Program-made: the position numbers and the translations under genes | The notes under the pieces: model-generated | What the model was told of the DNA's origin: nothing | The model's database searches: none | The model's input: only the letters and a program-made list of their open reading frames with translations | Assembly (NCBI GenBank): GCA_951406725.2 | Contig: OX597821.1 | Coordinates: 103,230,001-103,294,000, forward strand | Length of the DNA: 64,000 nucleotides | Direction of reading: 5' to 3' | Source: Octopus vulgaris | Taxonomy: Eukaryota | Shown: positions 1-13,670 of the stretch, piece by piece | Numbering within the stretch: position 1 is the first letter of the stretch | Layout of the letters: each line of letters starts with the position of its first letter

Positions 1-81
1 AATAAAGAGGCGGGACAAATACTACAAGGCACTCAGTGTGACGTCTTAATGATTCTACCAATTAAACGCCCAGGATTGGTA

Positions 82-294
82 TTAGGTTGGTTGATAATTA
101 TTGCGATTTTCTTTCAATAGAAATTTGAACAAAAAATTTTATTCAACAAAAATTTGAACAAAACGCCAAGTAGATGGTGAACATGTTCCGAAATAATCAT
201 TTAAAGATGTTTTTGTTAAATGATGTTATTGTTTTTTTTTTTGAATAAAATTTATTGAAAAAAAAGAAGCCGCAATAACTATGCACCAACCTAA
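82..294. mobile_element. Mariner-derived MITE (internally deleted), TA-flanked
   Basis: Left TIR ttaggttggttgataattattgcg matches the reverse complement of the right end cgcaataactatgcaccaacctaa. TA flanks at 80-81 and 295-296. The TIR resembles Hsmar1-type ends. It interrupts a decayed minus-strand SINE-A copy. Confidence 0.8.
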
Positions 295-444
295 TATATT
301 TTTATTGATTCGCAAAGAATGGAAGACGAGATTGGCATCAGCGGAATTGGAAATCAGAGCAGAGCGACTCTGATATTATTAATTCACTGCCTTTACAAAT
401 ATCATCATTGATGATTTTTATAATACGATATTATATTTCTTGTT

Positions 445-677
445 AAGGCAGCGAGCTGGCAGAACCGTTAGCACGCCGGGCGAAATGCGTAGCCGTATTT
501 CGTCTGCTGTTACGTTCTGAGTTCAAATTCCGCCGAGGTCGACTTTGCCTTTCATCCTTTCGGGGTCGATTAAATAAGTACCAGTTACGCACTGGGGTTG
601 ATATAATCGACTTAATCCGTTTGTCTGTCCTTGTTTGTCCTCTCTCTGTTTAGCCCCTTGTGGGTAGTAAAGAAGTA
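445..677 (+). mobile_element. tRNA-derived SINE family A (young copy, 18-bp TSD)
   Basis: Head ggcagcgagctggcagaa, B-box-like gttcaaattcc, central gactttgcctttcatcctttcggggtcgat (resembles the Meta/Sauria-type SINE domain). TSD gatattatatttcttgtt at 427-444 and 678-695. More than 10 homologous copies in the window. Confidence 0.9.
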
Positions 678-695
678 GATATTATATTTCTTGTT

Positions 696-885
696 GACAG
701 CAGTGAAATGATCGAATCATTAGAACGCCGGAAAAACATGCTTAGCGACATTTCTTCCGGTTTTACGTTCTGAGTTCAAATTCCGTTGCGGTCGATTTTG
801 CTTTTAATCGATTCGAGCCCTGGGTCGATTTAATCTACCTGGCTCTCTTCCCGAATATTTTAGTCCTTGTGCCTATAACAGAAAG
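696..885 (+). mobile_element. SINE family A, older diverged copy
   Basis: Shares ttacgttctgagttcaaattccg and the tail ccttgtgcctat...gaaag with other family A copies. Confidence 0.75.
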
Positions 886-2137
886 GTTGTTATATTTGCT
901 GTTTTGCATGCGTCTCGAGCTATGAAAATGAAACAAAATAACATTGTTATATCTTAGTATAACTGTGGCAAACCAATTTATTAAACTGGTTCATTTGAGT
1001 TATTTTCCTTGGTCCATTTTACTTTATAGTTATGCAGGTTATAATAATTACACAAAATATAATTATAATTAGAAAAAAATATTTTATCAATTGCTAAAAA
1101 AATCTTTTCGCAGACGGTTGATGAGATCGAATAGGTTGAAAGACGCTCAAAGTTATCTTTGATTTGCTAGAAAAAGACCAACCTTTTTATTTTTCTAAAC
1201 ACGTCAACGATCTTGATGAGTTTAACTCTTAATTTCTTGAAATTATCTCCTTTTTCATTCAGACTCGTAAACGATTGTTGCCAGATTATCATTTTCGTTC
1301 AACTAAGTAAGAGGGAAATTTCATTCAACATATACATTGTGTATTTGGCCTGCAGCCTTTAGTAGATCACACTTTATCTTATTTAATAAATCGATTATGT
1401 TGTTCAAACTACATTTCTGAATTTCTACTCCATGTAGAAATAACTGAAAGTGTGATAAACAACAACAACAACAACAACAGCAACAACATCGCTCTTATCA
1501 AACTCACGATCATCATCATGATTATCATCAACAACAATGAACAAGAAATAAACTACCACGAAAGTAACGTTTAGCACGTTATTTAGTTTTTTTTGTTGTT
1601 TTTGATTGTTTGTTTGCAGCTACAACATTTTCCCCTACATATCTCACATCAGAACTTAACATTTTCATTTAGAAAATAAGTATTTTTCCCCGATTCAGCA
1701 AAAGTTTGTCAAAAAGATTTTCGATAATCTGCTAATGTGGTAGTATTTCAAGTAAGAAATAATATGAAAAATAGAAAAAGAAAAAAAAAAAAAAAACCAG
1801 AAGAAAAGAAAAAAGAAATAATAAAAAATTGCTTTACAATCGGTTTTTGAGAACGTTATATTTTAAAAACGAATAATGTTTCTTGACTTACAGTACGTTT
1901 TATTTTTTGCGGAATAATAAAATATAAAAAGCTTATAGCGATTGTGTGACTACAAGCAACACACAAAAAAATTAATAGCGTTATTAAGTTCAATAAGAAT
2001 ATTAAAGTAAACACAGTGACAAAAAAAATACAAATAATGAATTTAAAAAATCAGTAACAAAAACAAACTAGCAAACGATACACAAAGAACATGTAAAATT
2101 GCCTTAAGTTAGAAAATATTATTTTATAAATTCAGAT

Positions 2138-2164
2138 TATTATTATTATTGTTGCTGTTATTGA

Positions 2165-2257
<93 letters not shown>

Positions 2258-2295
2258 CATTATTATTTTTATTTTTATTTATTTATTTATTTTTA
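2138..2295. repeat. (ATT)n microsatellite
   Basis: Directly visible; explains the poly-Leu ORF 2149-2391. Confidence 0.95.
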
Positions 2296-3277
2296 ATGGA
2301 AGCATGTATCCATTTTGTCAACTTAGTTGTCAAAACTATCTGTGATAAGAGCAACTGCTCCACAAAATCTTTACAAGAACCACTTTTATAGAAATAACCA
2401 ATCAAGTAAGAGAAACGTCAACATCAACGCCATCTTGTGACTGGCTGACAAACTATCCATTCAAAATGTTTCTAAAGAGAAATGAAAAATAAAATAAAAA
2501 AATAAAATATAATGTTTAAATGTAAGTTGATTAGTCGATGATTGTCAAGCGATTTCAGCGTATGTGATACACAAGTGATTCTTTGGATGTGAAGTTCACT
2601 ACCTTTTTCCAATTAAAAGCATTCTTTTGAAATCATTCCCTGTCTTTTGAGACTGAAGTTGGTTTTGAACATTTTCTGGATAACTCCAGAGATGTGAATG
2701 TTTATTTTTTCCACCCTTCCCCCATTCCATCGTGTTTGTTTTATTAAGAAAGCGATGATGGACAGTTTATCTGAATAAAGTTGAATTTCAAATATTTAGA
2801 CCGTTTTTTTTTGTTTATTTCTTCGATGTGACTTTACAAATATTTTCTCAACTAGCGCCATTTTATTTTATAATTTTTCTAATGGTTTACATCACTAACG
2901 GCTAATTTCGAGAAGTTGTTTGGAAATAATAACGCAATGTTTACTGTGTACCCTGCTAGCTAACAAACTAGCTAACCACCTTCTTCGACAACCGAACAAA
3001 TTCCACGTCATTTATTAAAATTTCATTAAAAATCTGTTTGTCAAAATATGATATAACGAAAATTCTCAGCTCAGTTGCATATTTCATTATATAACAAGAT
3101 GAAAGAGAAACCGACACAAAATTTTATCTGTGTTATATATAATATTTTGCTTGTAATTAATAACTCTAAGAAACACTTGAGGTTTGAGCGTACTGAACAA
3201 AGGATGAAAAACACCTGTTGTCAAGTGGTATGGTGCGACAAACACATATCCCAAAACACCCTGATATATATATTATG

Positions 3278-3511
3278 AAGGCGACGAGCTGGCAGAAACG
3301 TTAGCACGCCGGGCGAAATGCGTAGCCGTATTTCGTCTGCCGTTACGTTCTGAGTTCAAATTCCGCCGAGGTCGACTTTGCCTTTCATCCTTTCGGGGTC
3401 GATAAATTAAGTACCAGTTACGCACTGGAGTCGATGTAATCGACTTAATCCCTTTGTCTGTCATTGTTTGTCCCCTCTGTATTTAGCCCCTTGTGGGTAG
3501 TAAAGAAATAG
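3278..3511 (+). mobile_element. SINE family A copy
   Basis: Near-identical to 445-677 and ends at the same aaagaaatag. Confidence 0.9.
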
Positions 3512-3593
3512 ATATATATATATATGCGTGTGTGTGCGTGTATGTCTGCGTGTGTATGTATGTATGTGTGTGTGTGTGTGTAAATATGTGTGT

Positions 3594-3902
3594 GAAGGCG
3601 CGTTGTGAGGGTATTCGGTTTACGATAGTAACTTTGTGACTTTCATTCCAGTCAGTGCATTTGGGCCTTGAGCAAGACACTTTATTTCACGGTGTTCCAC
3701 TCCACTCCACCCAGTTGGAAAAAAGGAGTTCTACCTGTATTTTAATGGGCCATCCTTGCCACATTCTTTGACAATTTAAGTCTTCTCGATACCCAAGTCT
3801 TGGTTACCTGTGTCTGTTGAGTAACTTTACATGTTAATTTCACGAGTAGGCTGTTCCTTTGGTCCGATTAACTGGGACACTCGTCGTCGTGACCGACGGA
3901 GT
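3594..3902 (+). mobile_element. tRNA-derived SINE family C copy (diverged)
   Basis: Contains ccttgagcaagacactttatttcacg (V/Ceph-like domain) and the tail ctcgtcgtcgtgaccgacggagt shared with 20647-20972 and 56002-56316. Confidence 0.8.
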
Positions 3903-4309
3903 ACCTGTTAGTTATATGATCTATGAAGCAGATATATAAACAGGGGAAACTTAACTATTTCTCTGTTGATTAAAAAAGAAAGAAAAACAATGCGCAGCCT
4001 TAAGAGATTTTCGGAATTTATTGTGCTCTCATCAGGGGTATCTACATCGTTTGATCAATCCCCCGAAAATAAGCAGCCAGTTTGCTTGTGTACTCAACCA
4101 ATCCTGTAGCTATAGTGAACTGGAGCCACTAACCTGCATACCACAATCGTTTAACATTTTTATTTTAATATCAGTGTCGGTTTCAGTGTTCACTGTATTA
4201 AGGTATGATCATACACGATAGTTCTCCAACGTACAGCCCCGACCCACGTTGGGTCTCGCAATTATTTTCAATGGGTCTGGAAGAAACGAAATAATGTTTT
4301 ATATTTTAG

Positions 4310-4425
4310 AGATGAGGAATTGTATACATTATTTACATTGGTCGGATATGTGTCCCCATTTTGTTTGTTGTTATCGCAAGGTTTCGGCTGATTTACTCTG
4401 CAGCCTTCATCAGGTGACCTGGTGG
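4310..4425 (-). mobile_element. Penelope-like terminal repeat fragment with degenerate hammerhead motif
   Basis: Minus strand reads cac-CTGATGA-a-ggctg..cagcc-GAAA-ccttg; homologous inverted copy at 4727-4822. Confidence 0.6.
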
Positions 4426-4483
4426 AATTTCCGATTTCAATTCCAGGCAGTGATTTGAGTAAATGATGATGATGATGATGATA

Positions 4484-4534
<51 letters not shown>

Positions 4535-4726
4535 CATGCGTGTCTGTGAATCCGTGTGTGTGAATGTAGAGAGAGAAATATAATAAATATAATTGCCAGA
4601 TAAAATATTAAAAAGGAAAGTGAAACGAACAAATAGAATTTCAGTCGAATAATAATAATAATAACAATAATAATAATAATAATAATAATAATATCAAAAA
4701 CACTTTAAGAATGAGAACTGGGTTCA

Positions 4727-4822
4727 AAATTCCATTAGGACACCTGATGAAGGCTGAAGAGTAAACCAGCCGAAATCTTGTGCTAACAACAAACAAGATG
4801 AGTACACATATCCGTCCAATGT
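4727..4822 (+). mobile_element. Penelope-like terminal repeat fragment with degenerate hammerhead motif
   Basis: CTGATGA 4744-4750, stem GGCTG/CAGCC (4752-4756 and 4767-4771), GAAA 4772-4775. Confidence 0.6.
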
Positions 4823-5490
4823 GGTCGATAAGAAAGGCGCTAGTGAGCACTGGGGTTGATATAATCGAGTTACCCCCAGCTCTGAATTTGTTGGCCTAGT
4901 GCTAAAGTATGAAATCAGTATATGTAATACTAAAAAAAATAAAGATTTTAAGGGATTAATTATTTTGCAAAACGTGTGGATATAGAAAAAGGTTGAAAAG
5001 TCCGTAATAACGGAGACGGATTCAGGATACGAAAAATAAAGCCATTCTACAACATACAACAACCAGCATTAACGGCATAAACAGATGGAATCTTTAGATT
5101 AAGAGGACCATATTTTATAAACCAGTTTTCGTTCTTGCTTGTGCTGAGGGGTTAACTCTATGAAAAATGTAAGAGTCACTTGTACTATAAATCCCAAATG
5201 CTCAGTTGTCATTATGATTAATGTAAACAAGACAGTGTAAAGTGATTAAAACGCTCGATCCTCTTGTGTGTAGGAAAACTATTGTCTGTAGATGGGTTGC
5301 GCGGATGAATACATAAGTTTATATGTGGCAATTTAACAAGAGCTAATAATGTTTGATATAAATAACGAAGTATTAATGCAACAAATCCTGTACCGTCTTG
5401 CTTACACATATACGCTCATATGTGTGTATGTGTGTGTGTGTGTGTATATGTGTGTGTGCGTGTGTGTGTGCATGCGTATATGTTTGTATG

Positions 5491-5521
<31 letters not shown>

Positions 5522-5642
5522 GTTTGTGTATGTATGAATACACACATACATATACATACATATATACACATATATACGCACATATATATGTATGTATGTA
5601 TGTATGTATATATATATATATATATACTCATATATATATATA

Positions 5643-6087
<445 letters not shown>

Positions 6088-6184
6088 AGCTATACATATA
6101 TATAAATAGATGCACATATTTTCTTCTTATTCTCCTCTTTTTTATTGTTATTAAAAAAAAACCCAGTTTGATTCTGCTCTAAGC

Positions 6185-6305
6185 GACTAAAAGTTTCGCA
6201 GGCTTCTAACAGAATCCTAGCTAGTTCATGATCAGATTACTGAAATTCGGTAACCTGAGTCTGAACAAGCTAGGTTTCTGTAAGAAGTCTGTGAAACTTT
6301 AAGTC
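6185..6305. repeat. Imperfect ~120-bp inverted repeat (foldback)
   Basis: aagtttcgcaggcttctaacagaatcctagctagttca... pairs with ...tgaacaagctaggtttctgtaagaagtctgtgaaactt at roughly 80% arm identity by eye. Confidence 0.85.
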
Positions 6306-6444
6306 CCTTTGAAGCGAATCAAAATGTTTAAAAAAAAACATATTTATATATATAACTCCTCTCAACTACGCTGCGTGTTCTTTTCTTTCGTTTTATCACT
6401 GAGGCGTCTATACATACATAGATACATACGTACATACACACACA

Positions 6445-6481
<37 letters not shown>

Positions 6482-6707
6482 GCATACGTTCATACATACA
6501 TAGTTATGTGAATTTAAAAATAATTTGCAGGAATGTTATTTTAACGAGTGATATTTATATTTACCGCGCGAAAAGACACATCTACATCGTCGGATGCTTC
6601 TAAACCAGTTGTTAAATATCCCACTCGTGAGGGATTAATGCTAAATGGGTCGAAACAAGTGTAGTGATCAATAAAAACTCTCGTATCTTCCATCTTCCAT
6701 CTCTCAT

Positions 6708-6774
<67 letters not shown>

Positions 6775-6798
6775 TTATATATATATATATATATGTGT

Positions 6799-6843
<45 letters not shown>

Positions 6844-7157
6844 GGCACACATAGACACATACACACATATATAAACGCATACACACATTCATAAACGCGC
6901 CCATGCATATACGTAGGTTTTACTCCATAGAAAAGCGATTTTCGCTATTTAAAATCATATACTTTGTTAAATATATTATTCGTCTACTTCCAGACCGGTA
7001 AACATTTTCGTCACACTTCACTTATGTGAGTCAGTCATTGACAATTCCTTGGAAACGCTTCATAACAATCTACCGTAAAATTTTCATAGGCCTCAAGGTT
7101 TTGTTTTTGCTAAACTTACAGACATACAATTTCACTGCAAGAGTAATTCTTAGTTGC

Positions 7158-7381
7158 TTAACCCATTAGCTTTTAAACCGGCCATATCCGACTCAAGTAT
7201 TCTACCTGTTTTATATTGAAATGGGCCAGATCTGGCATGTCACACCTACCTACAATGTCATTCTTATAATAAACAATAGTTTATTATTGTCAAAGCTACC
7301 TGACAATACATGACTAATTTAAAACAATGAGAATAAATAAACATTAGATTTGACACAGTAATCTGAATGCTAACGGGTTAA
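7158..7381. mobile_element. piggyBac-like MITE
   Basis: TTAA-cccattagc ... gctaacggg-TTAA: short TIRs with CCC/GGG ends and TTAA flanks. Confidence 0.7.
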
Positions 7382-7514
7382 GTCAATCGTCATATTAGAA
7401 GGCTACGAGCGTAGAGAGCTCCCTTTATTTTTGCTGCTGAATTTTCCAAGATATAGGTGTGACCTGCCGATGAGGTTGGTCTGGATATACGTGTTTGACA
7501 TACAGATTAATTAC

Positions 7515-7707
7515 GGCACTCCACTGGTTACGACAACGAGGGTTCCAGTTGGTCCAATCAACAGAACAGCCTGCTCGTGAAATTAACGTGAAAGTGGCTG
7601 AGGACGTCACTGACACGTGTGCCCTTAGCGTAGTTCTCGGGGAGATTCAGCGTGACACAGAGTGTGACAAAGCTGACCCTTTGAAATACAGGTGCAACAG
7701 AAACAGG

Positions 7708-7788
<81 letters not shown>

Positions 7789-7939
7789 GTGGTGAAAGAG
7801 TACAGTAGGGTTCGCCATCGCCCTCGTGGAGCTTTAAGTGTTTTTCGCTCAATAAAACTCATAACGCCCGGACTGGGAATCGAAACCGCGATCCTATGAC
7901 TGCGAACCGCTGCCCTAACCACTGGGCCATTGCGTCTCC
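7515..7939 (-). mobile_element. SINE family C variant with internal (AG)n
   Basis: tRNA-like head on the minus strand (tggcccagtggttagggc...ggtttcgattccc) and body homologous to 20647-20972. Confidence 0.8.
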
Positions 7940-10098
7940 TTGTACAGATGATAGTTTGGAAGGGAAATGAATTCTGAATCTATTATTACATATAAGACAT
8001 ATTTTGTCATAACTATCGTAATATTTCGTCAGTGAGACAATGGATGCAGCGAAGTGACTCCAATTGTTGGGTTGTGATAAACCAGTACTAAGTCTTAATC
8101 CGGCTCTGGTATCTAAAAGTTTTGGTAATCCAATTATAGGGGATAAGCAGGAATTATATAAGAAAAAAAAATATACTACCAGTGAAACCAAATCAGTCTT
8201 AGTTTATGTTAGTTCTCAAAGAGAAATCTAATGTTTCAGTTTATTGTTAGCAGCAGATTAAAAGTTGTCAGTGACAGGAGCGTTAATGAAGTCAAATTTC
8301 TTTGGTCTAAGTTTCCAATGACGGATATTATGCATCTCCGTCTTCGAACACCTTCTCCCGTATACGGATAGTGGAATATATAAAATTTATATGAAGAACC
8401 TATGTGATTTTGTGTGCCAAGCTAAAGCTGTTTTAAGATATTATTACACGTAACATTACATCGTCGACATGAAAAACACTGCAGCCATAAAGTCCTTGAA
8501 AGAAAATATGAAAACAGAAAGAAAGAAAAAAAAAGCATCGTTGGAGAAAGCCTCTTGGTCAAAATCACGATTATTGATGGAAAAGTAAATCTATGGACAT
8601 TCAAACTACTGCAGATATAAAGAACTATAAATCTTCTTTAAGTCTTTTGAAAAAGATTTATGGTCTACAGTAATCACCCCTTACGTCGTTAAAAATCAAT
8701 GGTTGGCAAAAGTTTTCTCAAGCATCCAAGGGGAAATAAATGCAGAAAGTTCATTGAAGCAATCTTTCCAAAAGACTTTTAATTGTTGTTATTATTATCG
8801 CTGGTAAAATTAGGGAAGCCCCTATTAATCACTCGTCGTGTACTAATCTTGTAAATAAGTTGGTACCGTTTAGGTATTAAAAAAAAAAGAAATGAATGAT
8901 AAATGTTTATTATTATTCCCTTTTCAGATAGGCCCTGTCAGGGGCCATAAGGATTACAGTTAGCATTATCATGCTGTCCATTTTCAGCAGGTTAAAGTAA
9001 ATCTAAAGTAAAACTCATAATTATGTCTCTCTTTTGTATTTCTTTATATTCAGCATTTAATCAATTCGTCGGTTGACCTCGTATTGAACATGCGCTTAGA
9101 AAATAGGATGCTGGATGACGTCAAACCTTATCGAGTAAACCTAATGATCAAAGGAGTTTCAGCAGTGAGTGTTTAGTTTCTTAAGGGGTTGGGTGGTCTC
9201 TAATATTGCTTCTATTTCTTTAACACTCTAGAATATGAGTTCAATCGTTGCAAGCACACATTTCTCTGAAAAAAAAATTATACGATCTGATCTTAAAGAA
9301 GCAAAGTTTTCATTAAACATGTAGTTATAAAGGCGTGATGGTCCTGAAAGGAAGTGCTTTTAATTCGAGCTACATTTGAACAAGTATGTAGCTAGATGCG
9401 AATGCAAAATTGGTTTTCCACACAGGTATGACTGTAGGGTTTAGAAGATTGCTTTGCCTCTTACATGGTTTCAGGTTCAATCCCAATGCACATCAGTTTG
9501 GAGGTATATCTTCTATTATAGACACAGACCCACCAATGCCCTCTGGGTGAATTCGGTAGACGAAAACAAAAAGAAACCGATGGTGCGCACGTATATATTT
9601 ATATAATTTTAATAGTATTTTATGAACCTAAAGCTTTAAGCTTTAAGCTAATAAAATACTACTGTTATTATTATTTATAGAATTGTATATACATATATAC
9701 TTACATATATATATACATATTATATTTACAGATAAATTCCTCTATTTACATAATATCGAGGTCTCTTTCATTCTTTTGTTGTCTTGCCATTTCTATATAT
9801 ATATATATATATGTATATTATATCTATATATATGTATATATTAATTATCTTTTTTAATAATTTTGATATATATTTAAATAATATAAATTAATTAATCTTA
9901 TGTATTGGCTTAGTTTTTCATTGTATGATTTGCCTAATAGTGGTTTTATCTCTAATTTAATATAATATATATACATGCGCGGGCTAACTAAAATATCTCT
10001 TCAAATACATAATTATATACCAAAATTCATTTGCATATCCTCTCTGATTATTTTATACATACATATTTATATACATATATATATATATAAATACATGC

Positions 10099-10151
<53 letters not shown>

Positions 10152-10182
10152 CATTTATATATATATATATATACATACATAC

Positions 10183-10226
<44 letters not shown>

Positions 10227-10227
<1 letters not shown>

Positions 10228-10433
10228 GGAGTAAACACATAAATGTGAAACAATGGAAAAAGAGTATCAAATACCAGTGGTAGAGTAATATGCTTATTTT
10301 AAGCAGCAGAAAATTCAACAAAATTGTTACTGAGTTTTCGTTGGTTCATCAGACAGTTTTTGCTAGCAAAAACTGTCTGATGAACGGCAACGAAAACTCA
10401 AGTACATTTTGTTGAATTTTCTGTGCTAATAAA
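10227..10433. mobile_element. (TA)n-embedded Penelope-like element with inverted hammerhead-like motifs
   Basis: Perfect 42-bp palindrome 10344-10385 inside an imperfect ~140-bp one; each arm reads actgt-CTGATGA...GAAA.ctc. Confidence 0.6.
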
Positions 10434-10797
10434 TATATATATATATATACACACATATATATATATGCATACACACATAGCTACTGTTCTCACAGCAATT
10501 ATAATGTTCTTAAATCTGCCAAGAAGCGATTCATGCAGAAAAAAAATCTACGTCTTCTAATTTAAGACTTCATAACACTTTCTGCAACGGCGGGTAACAG
10601 TCAGGAAGAGAAGAACATGAAATTATTTCAGCCCCCCAAATCCTCCCAGTCATTCTCCTTCAAGAGAGACAGGAATGAAACCTTTGCATACGTTCTAGGT
10701 ATATCATATACTTCATATAGTAGTTTACGTGTGTGTGGCATATGAGCATAACTGCCTATAGTTACTTGATGTCTGTGCGAGTGTGTGTATATCTATA

Positions 10798-10922
<125 letters not shown>

Positions 10923-11974
10923 TATTTATATACATATACGTATGTATATATTTATGTCCATATATATGTATTTATATATATATATGTATATATATATGTA
11001 TTTAAATGTATATATATATATATATATGTATATGTGTATTTATATATATATGTATAAACATATTTATATATGCACAACTACATATATATGTACGCACACA
11101 CAGAGCCAAACGTATGTGTATAGCTTTCTCGTATACACATATAACGCATACAAAATACCCCATGTCCACACACACGTATAGGAGTGTGCATGCGTGTGTA
11201 ATACATAAATATATATATATATATTATTTTTTCTCTCTTGTTTCAGCCTAGAGCTGCGGCCATGCCGATGCACCGCCGTTTGTATATATATATATATGCA
11301 TATGTATATATATATATATATAAATACATAAATATAAAATACGGTATGATATGTATACGTATATGCATAATTGTGTGTGTGGGTGTGTTTAAGTGCTCGT
11401 ATATAAATATCTATACATCAATTTTGACCTTGCTATCGTCATTATCTTAGCAAAAATGGCCATTAATACTACCACTGTACGAGAAGATTACCCCTATCCG
11501 TATCACTGCCATTACTATCGGCTTCACTGAAACGCAAACTACAGCCATCATCAACCACAGCCACCCCCATCCGTATACACACACACACACACACAGTCGC
11601 TCCCACACACTGTGTACTCAATACAGCTCAGTGAATTCTGCTGGAACTCATTGAAAATTGGAACCTTTCCATTACAAAGTTGTGTTCAAAGTCCGTAAAT
11701 GTAATTACACTCTATTGCAACTGAAGACTAATTCATGTCAAATGTTGGTATACAGTTTCGTTGTCTCTGTTTATTTTAGTTGAATAATTTCGCGCATGAC
11801 TGCTGATGGCATTCGAGAATAGCCGATGAGTGGGGAGGAACAGCAACGATGTTAAATTACTGTATCCAAACTATTAGATTAGTAACTTTGCATCGTACAA
11901 ATTGACCGGAATTTAATTGCAGCAAAACCGAAAAGGACGAAATATTTTGAACACCGATTACGATATCAAATAAA

Positions 11975-12545
11975 GTCATTTGAGTCAATGACTCATATAA
12001 GTCAATGACTGAGCCCCTCATTTCCAATATATATATATATATATATATTTCTTTACTACTCACAAGGACAGACAAAGGGATTAAGTCGACTACATCGACC
12101 CCAGTGCGTAACTGGTACTTAAGTTATCGACCCCGAAAGGATGAAAGGCAAAGTCGACCTCGGCGGAATTTGAACTCGGAACGTAACGACAAACGAAATA
12201 CGGCTACGAATTTCACCCGGCGTGCTAACGTTTCTACCAGCTCGCCTTATATATATATATAATATAGTGACTGAGCTTCGTTTGATTATCATAAGGCTGA
12301 GCCCTATTGCTCATTATGAGTTAGTGACCAAAACTTAGTGGCTAAGTCTCGTTGTCTATTCTGAATCAGTGACTGATCTTCGTTGTCTATTTGGTATCAG
12401 TGACTGAACCACGTTGAGTATTAAATGTAATGATTGAGATTCATTGTGTTTTATGAGTCTGAGACTGAGCCGCTTTCATTTAGGAATCAGTGATTGAGCC
12501 TCGTTTTCAATTATGTATCAATGACTGAGCTTACTTGAGTCACCT
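11975..12545. repeat. Degenerate ~30-bp minisatellite (core TCARTGACTGAGC), interrupted by (TA)n and a SINE-A
   Basis: About 10 units, e.g. agtgactgagcttcg, agtgactgatcttcg, agtgactgaaccacg, agtgattgagcctcg, aatgactgagctt. Confidence 0.75.
12047..12248 (-). mobile_element. SINE family A copy
   Basis: Reverse-complement homology to 3278-3511. Confidence 0.85.
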
Positions 12546-12744
12546 GCTGAACCTGGTTGCCTATCATGAGATAACGAGTGATGTAGTCGCAAAGAGTACA
12601 TCGTAATTAGACAGTCAATTATGCTCGTGATGTATTGACTGATTGATAGATAGGCAAACTGACAAACAGACAGATAGTCAGGCAGACTGATAGGTGAAGA
12701 CAGATAGATAGTTATATAGACAGCTGGATGGAGAGGGATATATC

Positions 12745-12807
<63 letters not shown>

Positions 12808-12862
12808 ATGTATGTATGTATGTATATATATATATATATATATATTATATATGTGTGTGTGT

Positions 12863-13240
12863 GTGGCTGTGTGGTAAGAAGCTTGCCTTCCAACCACGTG
12901 TTATCGGGTTCAGTACCACTGCGTGGCAACTTCAGCTTGTAACCTCTATTATAGCCTTGGTTCGACCAAAACCTTGTGAGTGGATTTGGTATCTGAAGGA
13001 AGCCCGTCGTATATATATGTATATATTTATGTGTGTGTGTTTGTGTCTGAGTTTGTCCCCCATCATCACTTGACAACCGATATTGGTGTGTTTACATCCC
13101 CGTAACTCAGCGGTTCGGCAGAAGAGCCCAACAGAATAAGTACCAGGCTTACAAAGAATAAATCCAGGGGTCGATATCTTCGACTAAAAGGTGGTGTTCC
13201 AGTATGGCCCCAGTCAAATGACTGAAACAAGTAAAAGAAT
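12863..13240 (+). mobile_element. SINE family B copy
   Basis: Head gtggctgtgtggtaagaagcttgc; tail cagtcaaatgactgaaacaagtaaaag. Confidence 0.85.
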
Positions 13241-13398
13241 ATATATATATATATGTATGTATGTACGTGTGTGTATGTGTGTGTATGTGTGTGAGTGTGT
13301 GTATGTGTGCATGTGCGGGTGTGTGTATGGTTAGACATATGGGATAAGTAGATGGGCAAGAGCAGATAAACAGATAAAACAAATAAATACATACCCAC

Positions 13399-13670
<272 letters not shown>

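Noticed and set aside
8929-9140. Two polypyrimidine-AG acceptor-like sites
   Set aside because: The first candidate has stops in all three frames and the donor sites are weak.
10617-10700. Short frame MKLFQPPKSSQSFSFKRDRNETFAYVL followed by GT
   Set aside because: Weak donor (GTATAT), too short and no recognisable homology.
11975-12545. CRISPR-like repeat/spacer appearance
   Set aside because: Eukaryotic context, a core of only about 12 bp, mutually similar spacers and no cas genes.
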